From positions 18,664,001 through 18,728,000 of the forward strand of contig NC_058383.1 of NCBI RefSeq assembly GCF_018350175.1: 64,000 bases of DNA. The letters are read 5' to 3'. The first letter of the stretch is position 1. Every line of letters starts with the position of its first letter. A model generated the notes under the pieces. The model saw nothing but the letters and a program-made list of their open reading frames with translations, ran no database searches and was not told the DNA's origin. The stretch is from Felis catus. Lineage: Eukaryota. Shown here in pieces: positions 36,806-50,515 of this stretch. The translations under genes and the position numbers were made by a program.

Positions 36806-37857
36806 CAGGTTTCATGCTCAACATGGGGCTTGAACTCACGACGCTGAAATCAAGACTTGGATGCTCTACTGACTGAGCCAGCCAAGTGCTCCAAGGATAC
36901 CTTTATACTCTTATTAAGGAACCCGAACAAACTTCAGGTTATGTAGTTTATCATGTAGCCATGATGTTCATCCTGCTGGAGATTAAAATGAAGATTTAAA
37001 TGTTAGTCTCTCATTTAAAAATGCCAATAACAAACTACATTAACATAAATACCGTGGCCTTAAATGAAAAGACAATGTTTTCCAAAAGAAAAAACCAAAT
37101 TTACAGAGAAGGAAAGTTTGTTCTACATTTTTGTAAATCTCTTTCATGTCTGACCTGACTGGAAGAAAGTTGGCTTCTCATAACTGCTTCTGCATTCAGT
37201 ATGGCTTGATGCATTGTTTTGGTTGAAATATACAAAGAAATCCAGCCTCATGCAAATATATAGCTGGAAAAAGGAAGACTATTTTTCAGATAATTATGGA
37301 TATACTTTTTTGATACTACACCAAAAGTTGACAGAGTTGGGTTGTTTTAAGATTCGTTAAAAATGTGGAATGTGGGGGGCGCCTGGGTGGCGCAGTCGGT
37401 TAAGCGTCCGATTTCAGCCAGGTCACAATCTCGCGGTCCGTGAGTTCGAGCCCCGCGTCGGGCTCTGGGCTGATGGCTCGGAGCCTGGAGCCTGTTTCCG
37501 ATTCTGTGTCTCCGTCTCTCTCTGCCCCTCGCCCGTTCATGCTCTGTCTCTCTCTGTCCCAAAAATAAATAAACATTGAAAAAAAAATTTAAAAAAATGT
37601 GGAATGTGAAATCATATCAATGAATATATCCTACTCTGTTATATGAAATTCCAGTTGTCTGTCTTTACCACCAATCTCATTGAGAAAAAAATCTTAATGT
37701 ATTGAGAAGCTGTCAGGATCTTGATTACAGGCGTAAGTTTTCAAAAATTATATATTTTCATTTAAAAGGTAGAATTTTATCACTGGCAACAAACATTGTC
37801 AGTTTTTTCTCTTGGCGTGACAGGCTTACTTAATTCATTTTTGTAAAGCGTCTGCTA

Positions 37858-39430
37858 GAGATGACATAATACTATATATAAAAAACACTAAAATCTCCAC
37901 TAAAAAACTACTAAAACTGATCAGTGAACTCAGTAACACAGGATACAAAATCAATATACAGAAACCTGTTACATCTCTATACACTAATGATGAAGTACCA
38001 GAAAGAGAGATTAATAAAACAATCCCATTCACAATTGCACCTAAAATAATAAGATACCTAGGGATAAACAAGGAAGTGAAATATCTGTATTCTGAAAACT
38101 CTGAAACACTGATGAAACAAATTGAAGATAATACAAACAAATGGGAAGATACTCCTTGCTCAGTGATTGGAAGAACAGATATTGTTAAAATGTCCATACT
38201 ACCCAAATCAATCTACAGATTTAATGCAATACATTGCCAACAGCATTTTTCACAGAACTAGAACAAATCCTAAAATATGTATGGAACCACAAAATACCCC
38301 GAATAGCAAAAACAATCTCGAAAAAGAACAAATCTGGAGGTTTCCCAATCCCAGATTTTGAGACACCCTACAAAGCTGTAGTAATCAAAACAGCATGATA
38401 CTGGCGCAAAAAATAGACACAAGATCAATGAAACAGGATAGAGAGTCCAGAAATAAACTCATGATTACATGATCAATAAATCTATGGCCAAAGAGGCAAG
38501 AATACGCAATGAGATGTTCTCTTCAATTAGTGGTGTTGGGAAAACTGAACAGCTACATGCAAAAGAATAAAACTGGACCACTTTCTTACAGCATGCAGAA
38601 AAATAAACTCAAAATGGATTGAAGACATAAATGTGAGACCTGAAACCATAAAAATCCTAGAAGAGAGCACAGGCAATAATTTGTCTGACATCGGCCATAG
38701 CAACATTTTTCTAAACGTGTCTACTCAGGCAAGGGAAATAAAAGCAAAATAAACTGTTGGGACTTCATTAAAATAAAAAGCTTCTGCACAGCAAAGGAAA
38801 CAATCAACAAAACAAAAAGACAACCTACCGAGTGGGAGAAGATATTTGCAGTGATATCTCTGATAAGGGGTTAACATCCAAAATATATAACAACTGTAGA
38901 ACTCAACACCCCAGAAACAAATAATCCAGTTAAGAAATGGGCAGAAGACATGAACAGACATTTCTCCAAAGACATCCTGATGACCACCAGACACATGAAA
39001 AGATGCTCAACATCACTCATCATCAGGGAAATGCAAATTAAAACCACAGTGAGATATCACTTCACACCTGTCAGACTAGCTAAAATGAAAAACGCAAGAA
39101 ACAACAAATGTTGTCAAGGATGTGGGGGGGGGGGGGAAAGGGAACCCTCCCGCACTACTGGCTGGGAATACGAACTGTTGCAGCCACTGTGAAAAACATT
39201 AAGGACCTTCCTCAAAAAATTAAAAAATGAAATGACCCTATGATCCAGTAATTGCACTACTGGCCATTTACCCAAAGAATACAAAAACACTAATTCGAAA
39301 AGGTATATGCACCCCTGTGTTTATTGCAGCATTATTTACAATAGCCAAATTATGGAAGCAAGCCAAGTGTCCATCAATAGATGAATGGATAAAGAAGATG
39401 CAGTATGTGTATGTATGTATGTGTGTGTGT

Positions 39431-39474
<44 letters not shown>

Positions 39475-39909
39475 TGGAATATTACTCAGCCATAAAAAAG
39501 AATGAAATCTTAAAAAAAAAGAAAAAGAACGAAATCTTTTGTAACAACATGGATGGATCTAGAGAGTATAATGCTAAGTGAAATAAGTCAGTCAGAGAAA
39601 GATAAATACCATATCATTTCACTCATATGTGGAATTTAAGAAACAAAACAAATGAACGAATTAAAAAAAGAGACAACCAAAAAGCAGACTCTTAAACAAC
39701 CTGGTGGTTACCAGAGTGGAGGTGGATTGGGGCTTGAAGGAAATAAACAAAGGGGATTAAGAGCACACTTACTGTGATAAGCACTAACATATAGAACTGC
39801 TGAATCACTACATTTTGCACCTGAAACTAATATAACGTTGTATGTTAACTATACTGGAATTAACATACAATACAATACAATACAATACAATACAATACAA
39901 TACAATACA
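37858..39909 (+). mobile_element. 5'-truncated carnivore L1 with (TACAA)n tail
   Basis: Begins at DDII-type RT motif; [18 protein letters not shown] and NRHFSKDI motifs; tail repeat at about 39864-39909. Confidence 0.9.
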
Positions 39910-40466
39910 GCCTGCCAATACCCAAATCTGAATAAAAATAATTTGTTCTTCATTCTAATGAGTGAACATAGTACTCCATAAAAAACGGCTAGCACAACTC
40001 ACAACCCCATCTCACAAGTGTCTTTCCTTGAGATAACCATTGTTCGTTATGAGTACTTTATCTGAACTCCTCATTTTGACATGCAGAATATTAAAAAGAT
40101 ATAAATTCAAGGGTGGAGATTTAATAAAATCGATAGTTTTTGCTGCTCCAACAACATTCTTAAGTGAAACGGTCTTTCTTTTTTTCATTTTTTAAATGTT
40201 TATTTATTTTTGAGAGAGAAAGAGACAGAGTGCCAGCTGGGGAGGGAGAGAGAGAGAGGGAGACACAGAATCCAGGCTCCAGGCTCTGAGCGGTCAGCAC
40301 AGAGCCCGACGTGGGACTCGAACTCACGAACAGTGAGATCGTGACCGGAGCGGAAGTCTGATGTTTAGCCGAACGAGCCCCCCAGGTGCCCCTGTCCTTT
40401 TTTTTTTTTTTTTTTTTTTTAACTCTACGTCCGTACTGGTGAAAAGTACAACGACTATCAAGCACA

Positions 40467-41062
40467 GTATGCCAGTTACCAGTTTATTGCCTCTTAGTTG
40501 CTTTGCTTGCTTCTGGAATTGGAACTGGTAAACATTTCGGCTTGCCAGTAGAGGGCGGTAGAGGAACACTGTGGGAAGAAGGGGCTTTTCGTGTTTCTTC
40601 TATGGGTTTTGTTTGGTCTTTTTGGTTTGTTTTTCTCTGCTGACCGTGGCAGGCAGCGCCGCACTGGACACCCGGTGACATTCAGCTTCCAGCTTGCCAA
40701 TCCCACTTGGTGGTTCCCTGCCTGACAGCCTCAGCACACCGGCACTTGGGTGCAAGGGTTTCCTGTTTACAGTTCCCCGGCCACCAGCCTCCACTGACTG
40801 GCTACGGACCCGCAAACTTCTCCGCACCATCCATCGTCCTGCAGTCAGATCTCTCCAATAAGGTCTGCATCCCAGCTTTGCGCCGGGCAGCCCCTTTTTA
40901 AGTTTGTTACTTTCTTGGGTACTCTCCCTATGCTAACTTTTTAGAGTTCTCTTTTATTTGTACTTAGCAGCAATGCCATGTAAATAGCTCATCATCCGTT
41001 GTGTTAAAACTTCCCTGTTCAAATTACTGTTTTTGCCTCCTGACTGAATCCTGACGGATACA
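40467..41062 (+). mobile_element. ERVL LTR (LTR41-like), 5' LTR of a fragmented provirus
   Basis: tttattgcctct...ccagtagagggcg...aggggcttt body; ends ctgactgaatcctgacggataca and is followed by gaattagtacc and internal sequence. Confidence 0.7.
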
Positions 41063-44000
41063 GAATTAGTACCAAGCGAGGGGCGCCTGGGGGGCTCAGT
41101 CGGTTGAGCGTCCGACTTCAGCTCAGGTCACGATCTCGCGGTCCGTGAGTTCGAGCCCCGCGTCGGGCTCTGGGCTGATGGCTCAGAGCCTGGAGCCTGC
41201 TTCCCATTCTGTGTCTCCCTCTCTCTCTGCCCCTCCCCCGTTCATGCTCTGTCTCTCTCTGTCTCAAAAATAAATAAATGTTAAAAAAAATAAATTAAAA
41301 AAATAAAAAAAATAAAACGGGAGATAGGATATTAGTAATCCATGGCGTACAGTGGTGTCACAATTAATCAAACTGTCACCTGTGGCTTCTTTGATGAGTG
41401 ACTCAGGCATGTATTTTGGGAGCCCACGTGGCTGTTGGACTGGACGGTCACATCAGTAATGATAACTATGAGATGTGTAGTGCGCAGTGGGTTCTTCAAA
41501 GTGCACTGTCCGCTTCCGGAGGGAAAAGGACAAATTCAGGTCCTTTCACGCTCAGATCCCTGCCACGGTCTCACAACCAGAGAGCTTCCATACGGCCCTA
41601 AAATGACTATAGTTCTTCTAGCCCCGGGGCTGATTTTGCTTAAAATCCAAAATAAAAATTGCCTGGAGGATTTCTGCTTCCAATGAAGATGAAGTAGCAA
41701 GGACCAGAGTTACCCTCTCAGAAAGAAATTAAATTCTTTTTTTCAAAGAGGACCCAATCATCTATGTATAGGGGCCAATGAAATCTGCATAAAGTACTAC
41801 AAGAACCAATAAGTGAGTGTAGCAAGGTTGTAGACTACAAGACCAACGTAAAACAATCTGTGGTATTTCTTTTTTTTTAATTTTTAATGTTTATTTCTTT
41901 TTGAGAGAGAGAGAGAGAGCGTGAGCAAGGGAGGGAGGGCAGAGAGAGGGAGACACAGAATCCGAAGAAGGCTCCAGGCTCCGAGCTGTCAGCACAGAGC
42001 CTGATGTGGGGCTCGAACTTGCAAACCATGAGATCGTGACCTGAGACGACGTCGGATGCTTAACCGACCGAGCCACCCAGGTGGCTTGTACGTCTTGTAC
42101 GTCTATATTGTAGCAACAAACAGTTGACATTTTTAAAAAAACACAACAGTTGACATTTTTAAAAAAACATTTTCAAAAGTACCAAAAATGAAATGCTTAG
42201 GGCTAAACTTAACAAAAGATGTGAAAGGCGTGTAACACTGAAAACTACAAAGTATGTCTGAGAGAAATGACAGATAAACCATCTCGACAAAAAGAGAGCC
42301 CTCCTTTGTTCATTGATTGGAAGACTCAATATTGTTAAGACAACAATTCTTCTGGAACTGGTCTATGCAATCTCAAACTAAATCCCAACAGACTTTTTTG
42401 GGCGGCGGGAGGGGGGGGCGGGGGGGGGGGTAGAAATTAACAAGCTATGTCTAAAATGTATATGGAAACGCAAAGGACCTAGGGAATAGTCAAAACAACT
42501 CTGAAAAAAGAACGAAGTAGAGGGCTACCACTATAACAATCTCAAGTCTTATTATAAAGCTGCAGTAATCAAAACCAGTGTAGTCTCGTAAAGACAGACA
42601 AATTGATCAGTGAAACAGCATAGGAAATGCAGACATAAACACGCACATATATGGACAACTGACTTTTGACAAAGGCACTAAAGTAATACAATGGAGAAAG
42701 GGTATCTTTTCAACAAGTGGTGCTAGATTAATTATTTATCCATATCCCCCCCCCAATACTTTGATCCATATCTCATTCCATATACAAAAAGTACCTCAAT
42801 TTGGCTTCCGTGTCTCCATCTATCTCTGTCCCTCCCCTGTTCACACTCTGTTTCTCTCTCAACAATAAATAAACATTAAAAAAAAAAAAAGATAAGGGGC
42901 ACCTGGGTGGCTCAGTCGGTTGAGCGTCTGACTTCGGCTCGGGTCATGATCTCATGGCTCGTGAGTTCGAGCCCCACATTGGGCTCTGTGCTGACAGCTC
43001 AGAGCCTGGAGCCTGCTTCCGATTCTGTCTCCCTCTCTCTCTGCCCCTCCCCCGTTCATGCTCTGTCTCTCTCTGTCTCAAAAATAAATAAACGTTAAAA
43101 AAGAAATTAAAAAAATTTTAAACATAATAAGATAAAAAGTAACTCAAAATTATAGACCTTAATGTAAAATCTAAAACTATAAAACTTCCAAGGAAAAAAA
43201 AAACAGGAAAAAAATCCTTGTGACTTTCAATTAAGGCAAAGACTTCTTAGATTCAACATCAAAAGGACAATCCATGAAAGAAAAAAATTATAAATTGGAC
43301 TTCATCAAAATAAAAAATGTATACTCTTCAAAAGACATTCTTTAAAAAATTTTTTGTTTAATGTTTATTTTTATGAAAGAGAGAAAGAGGCTAGCGGCGG
43401 AGGGGCAGAGAGAGAGGGAGACACAGAATCCAAAGCGGGCGCCAGGCTCTGAGCTGTCAGCACAGAGCCCGACGCGGGGCTTGAACTCACAGACCAAGAG
43501 ATCATGACCTGCACCAAAGTTGGACGCTTAGCTGACTGAGCCACCCAGGCACCCCAAATTTATTTTATTTAAAAAAATTTTAATGTTTTATTTATTTTTG
43601 AGACAGAGAGAGCAGAGCACAAGCAGGGGAGGGGCAGAGAGAGAAAGAGACACAGAATCCGAAGCAGGCTGCAGGCTCTGAGCCGTCAGCACAGAGCCCG
43701 ACGCGGGGCTCAAACTGGGGACCAGCAGGATCATGACTTGAGGTGAAGTCGGACACGTAACCGAGTGAGCCACCCAGGCGCCCCTCGAATAACTAAAATT
43801 TAAAGGCTGATCATATCAAGCATCAACAAGAATGTGGAACAACTGGAACTGTGAGTAGATACGGTTTGGCAGTTTCTTACAAAGTGAACGTACACATCCC
43901 GTGTGACCCAGCCATTCTGATTTTAGGTATGTATCTTATACTAGGGTGTTATACCAACACAAGTATAGTAAAATGTTAATGATAGAACCTTGTCTGTGGG

Positions 44001-44115
44001 TATTCAGATGTTCACTATAAATTCCTTTTAGTCATTTTGTATTTTTGGAATTTTTCATGATGAAATTTGGGGGGGGGGGAATGACTAGGACGATGGGTTT
44101 GAATGGCTTCTTTTT

Positions 44116-45511
44116 TTTTTTTTTATTTTTATATGAAATTTATTGACAAATTGGTTTCCATACAACACCCAGTGCTCATCCCAAAAGGTGCCCTCTTCAA
44201 TACCCATCACCCACCCTTTCCTCCCTCCCACCCCCCATCAACCCTCAGTTTGTTCTCAGTTTTTAACAGTCTCTTATGCTTTGGCTTTCTCCCATTCTAA
44301 CCTGTTTTTTTTTTTTCCTTCCCCTCCCCCATGGGTTCCTGTTAAGTTTCTCAGGATCCACATAAGAGTGAAACCATATGGTATCTGTCTTTCTCTGTAT
44401 GGCTTATTTCACTTAGCATCACACTCTCCAGTTCCATCCACATTGCTACAAAAGGCCATATTTCATTTTTTCTCATTGCCACGTAATATTCCATTGTGTA
44501 TATAAACCACAATTTCTTTATCCATTCATCAGTTGATGGACATTTAGGCTCTTTCCATAATTTGGCTATCGTTGAGAGTGCTGCTATGAACATTGGGGTA
44601 CAAGTGGCCCTATGCATCAGTACTCCTGTATCCCTTGGATAAATTCCTAGCAGTGCTATTGCTGGGTCATAGGGTAGGTCTATCTTTAATTTTCTGAGGA
44701 ACCTCCACACTGCTTTCCAGAGCGGCTGCACCAATTTGCATTCCCACCAACAGTGCAAGAGGGTTCCCGTTTCTCCACATCCTCTCCAGCATCTATAGTC
44801 TCCTGATTTGTTCATTTTGGCCACTCTGACTGGCGTGAGATGATACCTGAGTGTGGTTTTGATTTGTATTTCCCTGATAAGGAGCGACGCTGAACATCTT
44901 TTCATGTGCCTGTTGGCCATCCGGATGTCTTCTTTAGAGAAGTGTCTATTCATGTTTTCTGCCCATTTCTTCACTGGGTTATTTGTTTTTTGGGTGTGGA
45001 GTTTGGTGAGCTCTTTATAGATTTTGGATACTAGCCCTTTGTCCGATATGTCATTTGCGAATATCTTTTCCCATTCCGTTGGTTGCCTTTTAGTTTTGTT
45101 GGTTGTTTCCTTTGCTGTGCAGAAGCTTTTTATCTTCATAAGGTCCCAGTAATTCACTTTTGCTTTTAATTCCCTTGCCTTTGGGGATGTGTCGAGTAAG
45201 AGATTGCTACGGCTGCGGTCAGAGAGGTCTTTTCCTGCTTTCTCCTCTAAGGTTTTGATGGTTTCCTGTCTCACATTTAGGTCCTTTATCCATTTTGAGT
45301 TTATTTTTGTGAATGGTGTGAGAAAGTGGTCTAGTTTCAACCTTCTGCATGTTGCTGTCCAGTTCTCCCAGCACCATTTGTTAAAGAGGCTGTCTGTTTT
45401 CCATTGGATGTTCTTTCCTGCTTTGTCAAAGATGAGTTGGCCATACTTTTGTGGGTCTAGTTCTGGGGTTTCTATTCTATTCCATTGGTCTATGTGTCTG
45501 TTTTTGTGCCA
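44116..45511 (-). mobile_element. Young 5'-truncated felid L1 with uninterrupted ORF2 C-terminus
   Basis: Open frame 44351-45510 ([14 protein letters not shown]...[14 protein letters not shown]...SLLCGS*); 16-bp TSD tgaatggcttcttttt at 44100-44115 and 45512-45527. Confidence 0.95.
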
Positions 45512-45862
45512 TGAATGGCTTCTTTTTGAGATATACGATATACTGAGGATGTAAGCGGACACTTGACTATGTAAGCATGAAGTTCAAGGTACAGATTATA
45601 GCTTGAGATGTACATTTGTGATTCGTTACTGCTTATTTTTTCTTAGTGTTTATTTCTTTTTGAGAGCCAGAGAGCAAGCAGGGGAGGGGCAGAGAGAGAG
45701 AGAGGGAGACACAGAATCGGAAGCAGGCTCCAGGCTCCGAGCTGTCAGCACAGAGCCCGACACGGGGCTCGAACCCACGAACTGCGAGATCGTGACCTGA
45801 GCCGAAGTCGGACGCTCAGCCGACTGAGCCACCCAGGCGCCCCAATTCATTAGTGTTTAGAT

Positions 45863-48800
45863 CAGGGGTTGGCAAACTACGGACTGTAAGCCAAATCTAG
45901 CTTCCTGCCTGCTTTTGTATGGTTGTGAACTAAGAATGATTTGTGCAGTTTTAACTGGTTGGAAAAAAGCAAAATAAGAATGACATGTGAAAATCATGAA
46001 ATTCAAATTTCAGGGTCTATCAAGTTTATAAGAATACACACACACACACACACACACACCCATTAGTTTATTTATTGTCTATTGCTCCTGTTGAGCTACA
46101 ATAGTTTAATTAAATAATTGGGAAAGAGACTAGAGTGTTCTGGCACTCTTGTCACTTCCAGCTGCTCCTAGAGGTGCTGCAAGTCACAGTGGCACAGTTT
46201 AATGTGACAAGGGTTTCCAGTGCCATACTGTGATTTTTCTTCAAAAAATTACCAGTTCAAGTCAAAATAAGAAAAAAGGTGGCACTCAAGCACAGATTAT
46301 TTTGTTCCTGAATTAGGTGGCAACGCATTGTGTTTATGGTTTAGTGACTCTGCAGGGGTGCTAGAACACAATTCACATTGACCTTGGGATGCCGGGATGG
46401 CTCAGGCGGTTAAGTGGCTGACTGTCGATTTCAGCTTCGGTCAAGGATCTGACGGTCGTGAGATAGAGCCCCACGTTCCCTTGGGCTCCACACTGGGCTT
46501 GGAGCCTGCTTCAGATTCCCTCCCTCTGCTCTCCCCCTGCTTACATGCAAACGCGTGCTTCCTCTCTCTCACTCGCTCTCTCAAAAACAAAACAAAAACA
46601 AAAAACAAAAAAACAAACCAAAAGAACAATGCACATTGACTTCTCAGATCGGGTACTCATCATACTCGTCGTAATATTCCTAACTCACAGAGAAGCAATA
46701 GTTAGGGGGAACAAAAGAAAACTTAAAGTAGCTTTTAGCAGAATTTAAAGTAAAAAATAAAAAATGCAGAAGACTACAACCACAGTTTCCAAGTAGTTTA
46801 TTCATTAAACCATATTTGATGACAAAAATAGCCAAAGAAAAATAGCCAGAGAAAATAAACTTGTTTTGAGACTATTAGCCATTAAGTGAGAAGAGTTGCT
46901 CAAACAGTTAGAAAATCGAAGGCAACATAATAACAATTAAAAAACAAGACAGGGGCTCCTGGGTGGCTTGGTCGGTTAAGTGTCTGACTTCGGCTCAGGT
47001 CCATGAGTTCGAGTCCCACATCAGGCCCTGTGCCAACAGCTCGGAGCCTGGAGCCTGCTTTGGATTCTGTGTCTCCCTCTCTCTCTGCCCCTCCCCCACT
47101 CAGGCTCTGCCTCTCTCTCTCAAAAATAAATAAACATTAAAAATGTTTAAAAAAAAAAACAAAACAAACGATTTCAAGTGGTTCTTCCAGACGTTTAATG
47201 ACTTAGTAGATGTTACCAATACTACTTATTTGGTGTTGTTTAGTTGAGGAATCAGTGGTGAGTTGGAAGTGATTCAAGAATTAGCTTCTATGAATAATCT
47301 GGGTGGAATAACAGGTAAAAATATTTTTAAAGAAATTGAGGAAACGCTAATTCATTACAAACTGAAGTGGAACCTGCTAAGATGTGTTACCACCAATGCT
47401 GATAAAAATACACGTGGAGTTGAAAAGGTCTTCGTCAAATAAATTTACAAACCTTGTGATAATGAAGGGTGTTTAAAGCCTGTAATTATTAATTGTATTA
47501 TTCATCAGTAGATACTTTGCAGAAATTATTTGAATCTATTACATGAATTTCATTTGTTCTCGTGGACTTAACCATTATAAATTTTTGTTAGAAATAGAAG
47601 CTGAATGTTCTGACTTACCCTACCACATAGCAATTTGATGTCTTAGCAGTACCAAAGTGGGGTGTTTTGAGCTCAGGGTTTAAAGAAACTTTTTTGTAAT
47701 GTTTATTTCTTTTTGAGACAGAGAGACAGAGTGCGAGTCAGGGAGGGGCAGAGAGAGAGGGAGACACAGACTCTCAAGCAGGCTCCAGGTTCTGGAGTTC
47801 ACAGACTCCAGCACAGGGTTCAAACCCACGAACTGTGAGATCATGACCTGAGCCGAAATCTGGTGCTTAACTGACTTAGCCACCCAGGCGCCCCCTGAAC
47901 TCAAGGTTCAGATCGAAATGTTTCTGAATGAGAAGACCCACTCCCAGCCATTACTGTCAAACACTGAATGGCCTTGGTAACTAGCTTTTGTTGCAGACTT
48001 GACAAGGTTTCTCAATGAACTCGACCTACAATTATAAGGCAACATAGCACCTATATACATAACTTATATTGCTATGAAGTAATTTTGATAATATTGTTTG
48101 AATTACAACTAACGTCAAGCTGCTTTAGACACATGATGTAAAAAAGTAAAAAGTAAAAAAGATCTCCATGCCCACATACATTTGTAGTAGCTTTATTTTC
48201 CAAACTCAGACTACAATTCCAGCAGCATTTTTAGGACTTCAAAACAAGTACAAAGCAAGTTTCCATATTTCAAAATCCACTTGTGTAATTGAGGCAATTC
48301 CACTTAACCTTCAGTTGGAAGTGATCAAACTCCAGTGTGGTGAAATGCTAAACAGCAAATAGCCGATGAACACTCTAATAGGATTCTATAATTGTTTTTC
48401 AAATGATGAATATGATGAAGTAAAATCATATACTTATGAATTGACATCTGTATTTGGCAACATCTAATCTCCACGTCCATCATGGGGCCCAGTCCAGGGC
48501 TTGAACTCACGACCCTGAGATCAAGACCTGAGCCAAGATCAAGAGTCAGACATTTAACCAATGGAGCCACCCAGGGGCCCCAGTGTGGAAGACATTTTTT
48601 AACATTGTGTTACCAATCAGATTTAACAGATAAATGTTTGTGATAGATTTTGATGAGAGGGAACACTGAGTCTGAACATCAATTAAATAAAATGTTATAG
48701 AAACTTCTTTTCATTAGTAGATTTGTATTACAAAAGTTGGACTCAATTATTGTTCTCTTAATCTCACAAATAAAATTTTTTTCTCTCTTGCTATACAAGT

Positions 48801-48887
48801 ACCTATATAATATCTTCATTTTTGCCTGTTGTCCACATCTAAAATATTTACTACTGGCCCTTTACAGAAAATGTTTGCCGACTCCTA
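45863..48887 (+). mobile_element. Near full-length Cheshire/MER58-type hAT-Charlie transposon with decayed transposase
   Basis: TIRs caggggttggcaaact and tgtttgccgactccta; flanks gtttagat and ttctagaa fit the NTCTAGAN target; remnants resembling CVTT(D), CIIHQ, YH.A..(W)LS and LAF.ADL. Confidence 0.8.
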
Positions 48888-49929
48888 TTCTAGAAAACGC
48901 AAATAATCTGTAGTGACAGAAAGCAGATCAGTGGTTTCTTGGGGATGGGGGGTTGTGGCGAGGAGCAGGTGGGAGAGATTACAAAGGGTCACAAGGAAAC
49001 TTTTGGAGTAATGAATGTGTTCACTATTTCTGCTGTGGTGATGGTCTCACAGGTATATGAATATGTCAAAATATATCAAAATTTTCACTTGGTATGTGTT
49101 CAATATGTTGTATTTTACTTATGGATTAATTAAGCTGGTTTTAAAAATGAATTCTGTGGGGTGGCTGGGTGGCTCAGTTGGTTGAGCATCCGACTTCGGC
49201 TCAGGCCATGATCTTGCAGTTCGTGGGTTTGAGCCCCGCGTCAGGCTCTGTGCTGACAGCTCAGAGCCTGGAGCCTGCTTTGGATTCTGCCTGTGTGTCT
49301 CTCTCTCTCTGCCCCTCTCCCATCTGTGGGCTCGTTTTATTTTCTCTCTCTCTCCCCCTCTCTCTCTCAAAAATAAGTAAATAAACATTTAAAAAAAAAT
49401 TTTAAAAACGAATTCTGTGAGTTAATGAATTATAATAACAGTTAAATTCCCAGTCTTACAATTTTCTTATGTGAACTTCTGGGCACTGATTGTGAAAGAA
49501 TGTGATCCCAGGGTACCTGGGTGGCTCAGTCGGTGAAGCATCTGACTTCTGCTCAGGTCATGATCTCACGGTTCGTAGGTTCAAGCCCCACGTTGGCCTC
49601 TGTGCTGACAGCTCAGAACCTGGAGCCTGCTTCAGATCCATGTCTCCCTCTCTCTTCCCCTCCCTGCTTATGCTCTGTCTCTCTCTCAAAAATAAACAAA
49701 CATTTAAAACAATTTTAATAAAAATGAAAAAATTAAAAAAAATGGGATCCTGAAACCTGGAATAGGAACGTCTTATTGAACCATGATGAAGCTGAAAATC
49801 AGTTTTCTGAGTGCTTGCCAGTAGAAGTATCTTGCCTTCCAGTATCTGGGGAGATTATTGAAAACTCCATGATAACCTCACCTGGAACAGATTCCTTGGA
49901 AGAAGATGTTCATCCTCCTTAAAACAGTC

Positions 49930-50515
49930 ACATGATTTGCAACTACGTGGATGGAACTGGAGGGCATTATGCTGAGCGAAATTAGTCAGTCAGAGAAAGA
50001 CAAATATCATATGACTTCACTCATATAAGGACTTTAAGACAGAACAGATTAACACAAGGGGAGGGAAGCAAAAATAATACAAAAACAAGGAGGGGGCAAA
50101 ACATAAGAGACTCCTTTTTTTAATTTTTTTTTTAACGTTTATTTATTTTTGAGACAGAGAGACACAGAGCATGAACGGGGGAGGGTCAGAGAGAGGGAGA
50201 CACAGAATCTGAAACAGGCTCCAGGCTCTGAGCTGTAAGCACAGAGCCCGGCGCGGGGCTTGAACTCCGGACCGCGAGATCATGACCTGAGCCGAAGTGG
50301 GCCGCTTAACCGACTGAGCCACCCAGGCGCCCCAAGAGACTCTTAAATATGGAGAACAAACAGAGGGTTACTGGAGGGGGTGTGGGAGGGGGGATGGGCT
50401 AAATGGGGAAGGGGCACTAAGGAGTCTACTCCTGAAATCATTGTTGCACTCTATGCTAATTTGGATGTAAATTTTAAAAAATAAAATTTAAAAAAATCAT
50501 AGAAATGTAAAAAAA
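49930..50515 (+). mobile_element. Carnivore L1 3' end with a SINE inserted (about 50115-50333, -)
   Basis: WMELEGIMLSEISQ motif and 3' UTR; aagagactc duplicated around the SINE. Confidence 0.85.

Larger units (their letters stand above)
36728..40460. mobile_element. Charlie1-like hAT DNA transposon fossil, split by SINEs and an L1
   Basis: Begins cagtggttctcaaattttt...tcaggac...cctttatactctta (Charlie1-type terminus); AT-rich body resumes at about 39910 after the L1. Confidence 0.65.

Noticed and set aside
44351..45562. 403-aa ORF as a host gene
   Set aside because: It is the L1 ORF2 C-terminus; the first 17 or so residues come from flanking DNA beyond the truncation point
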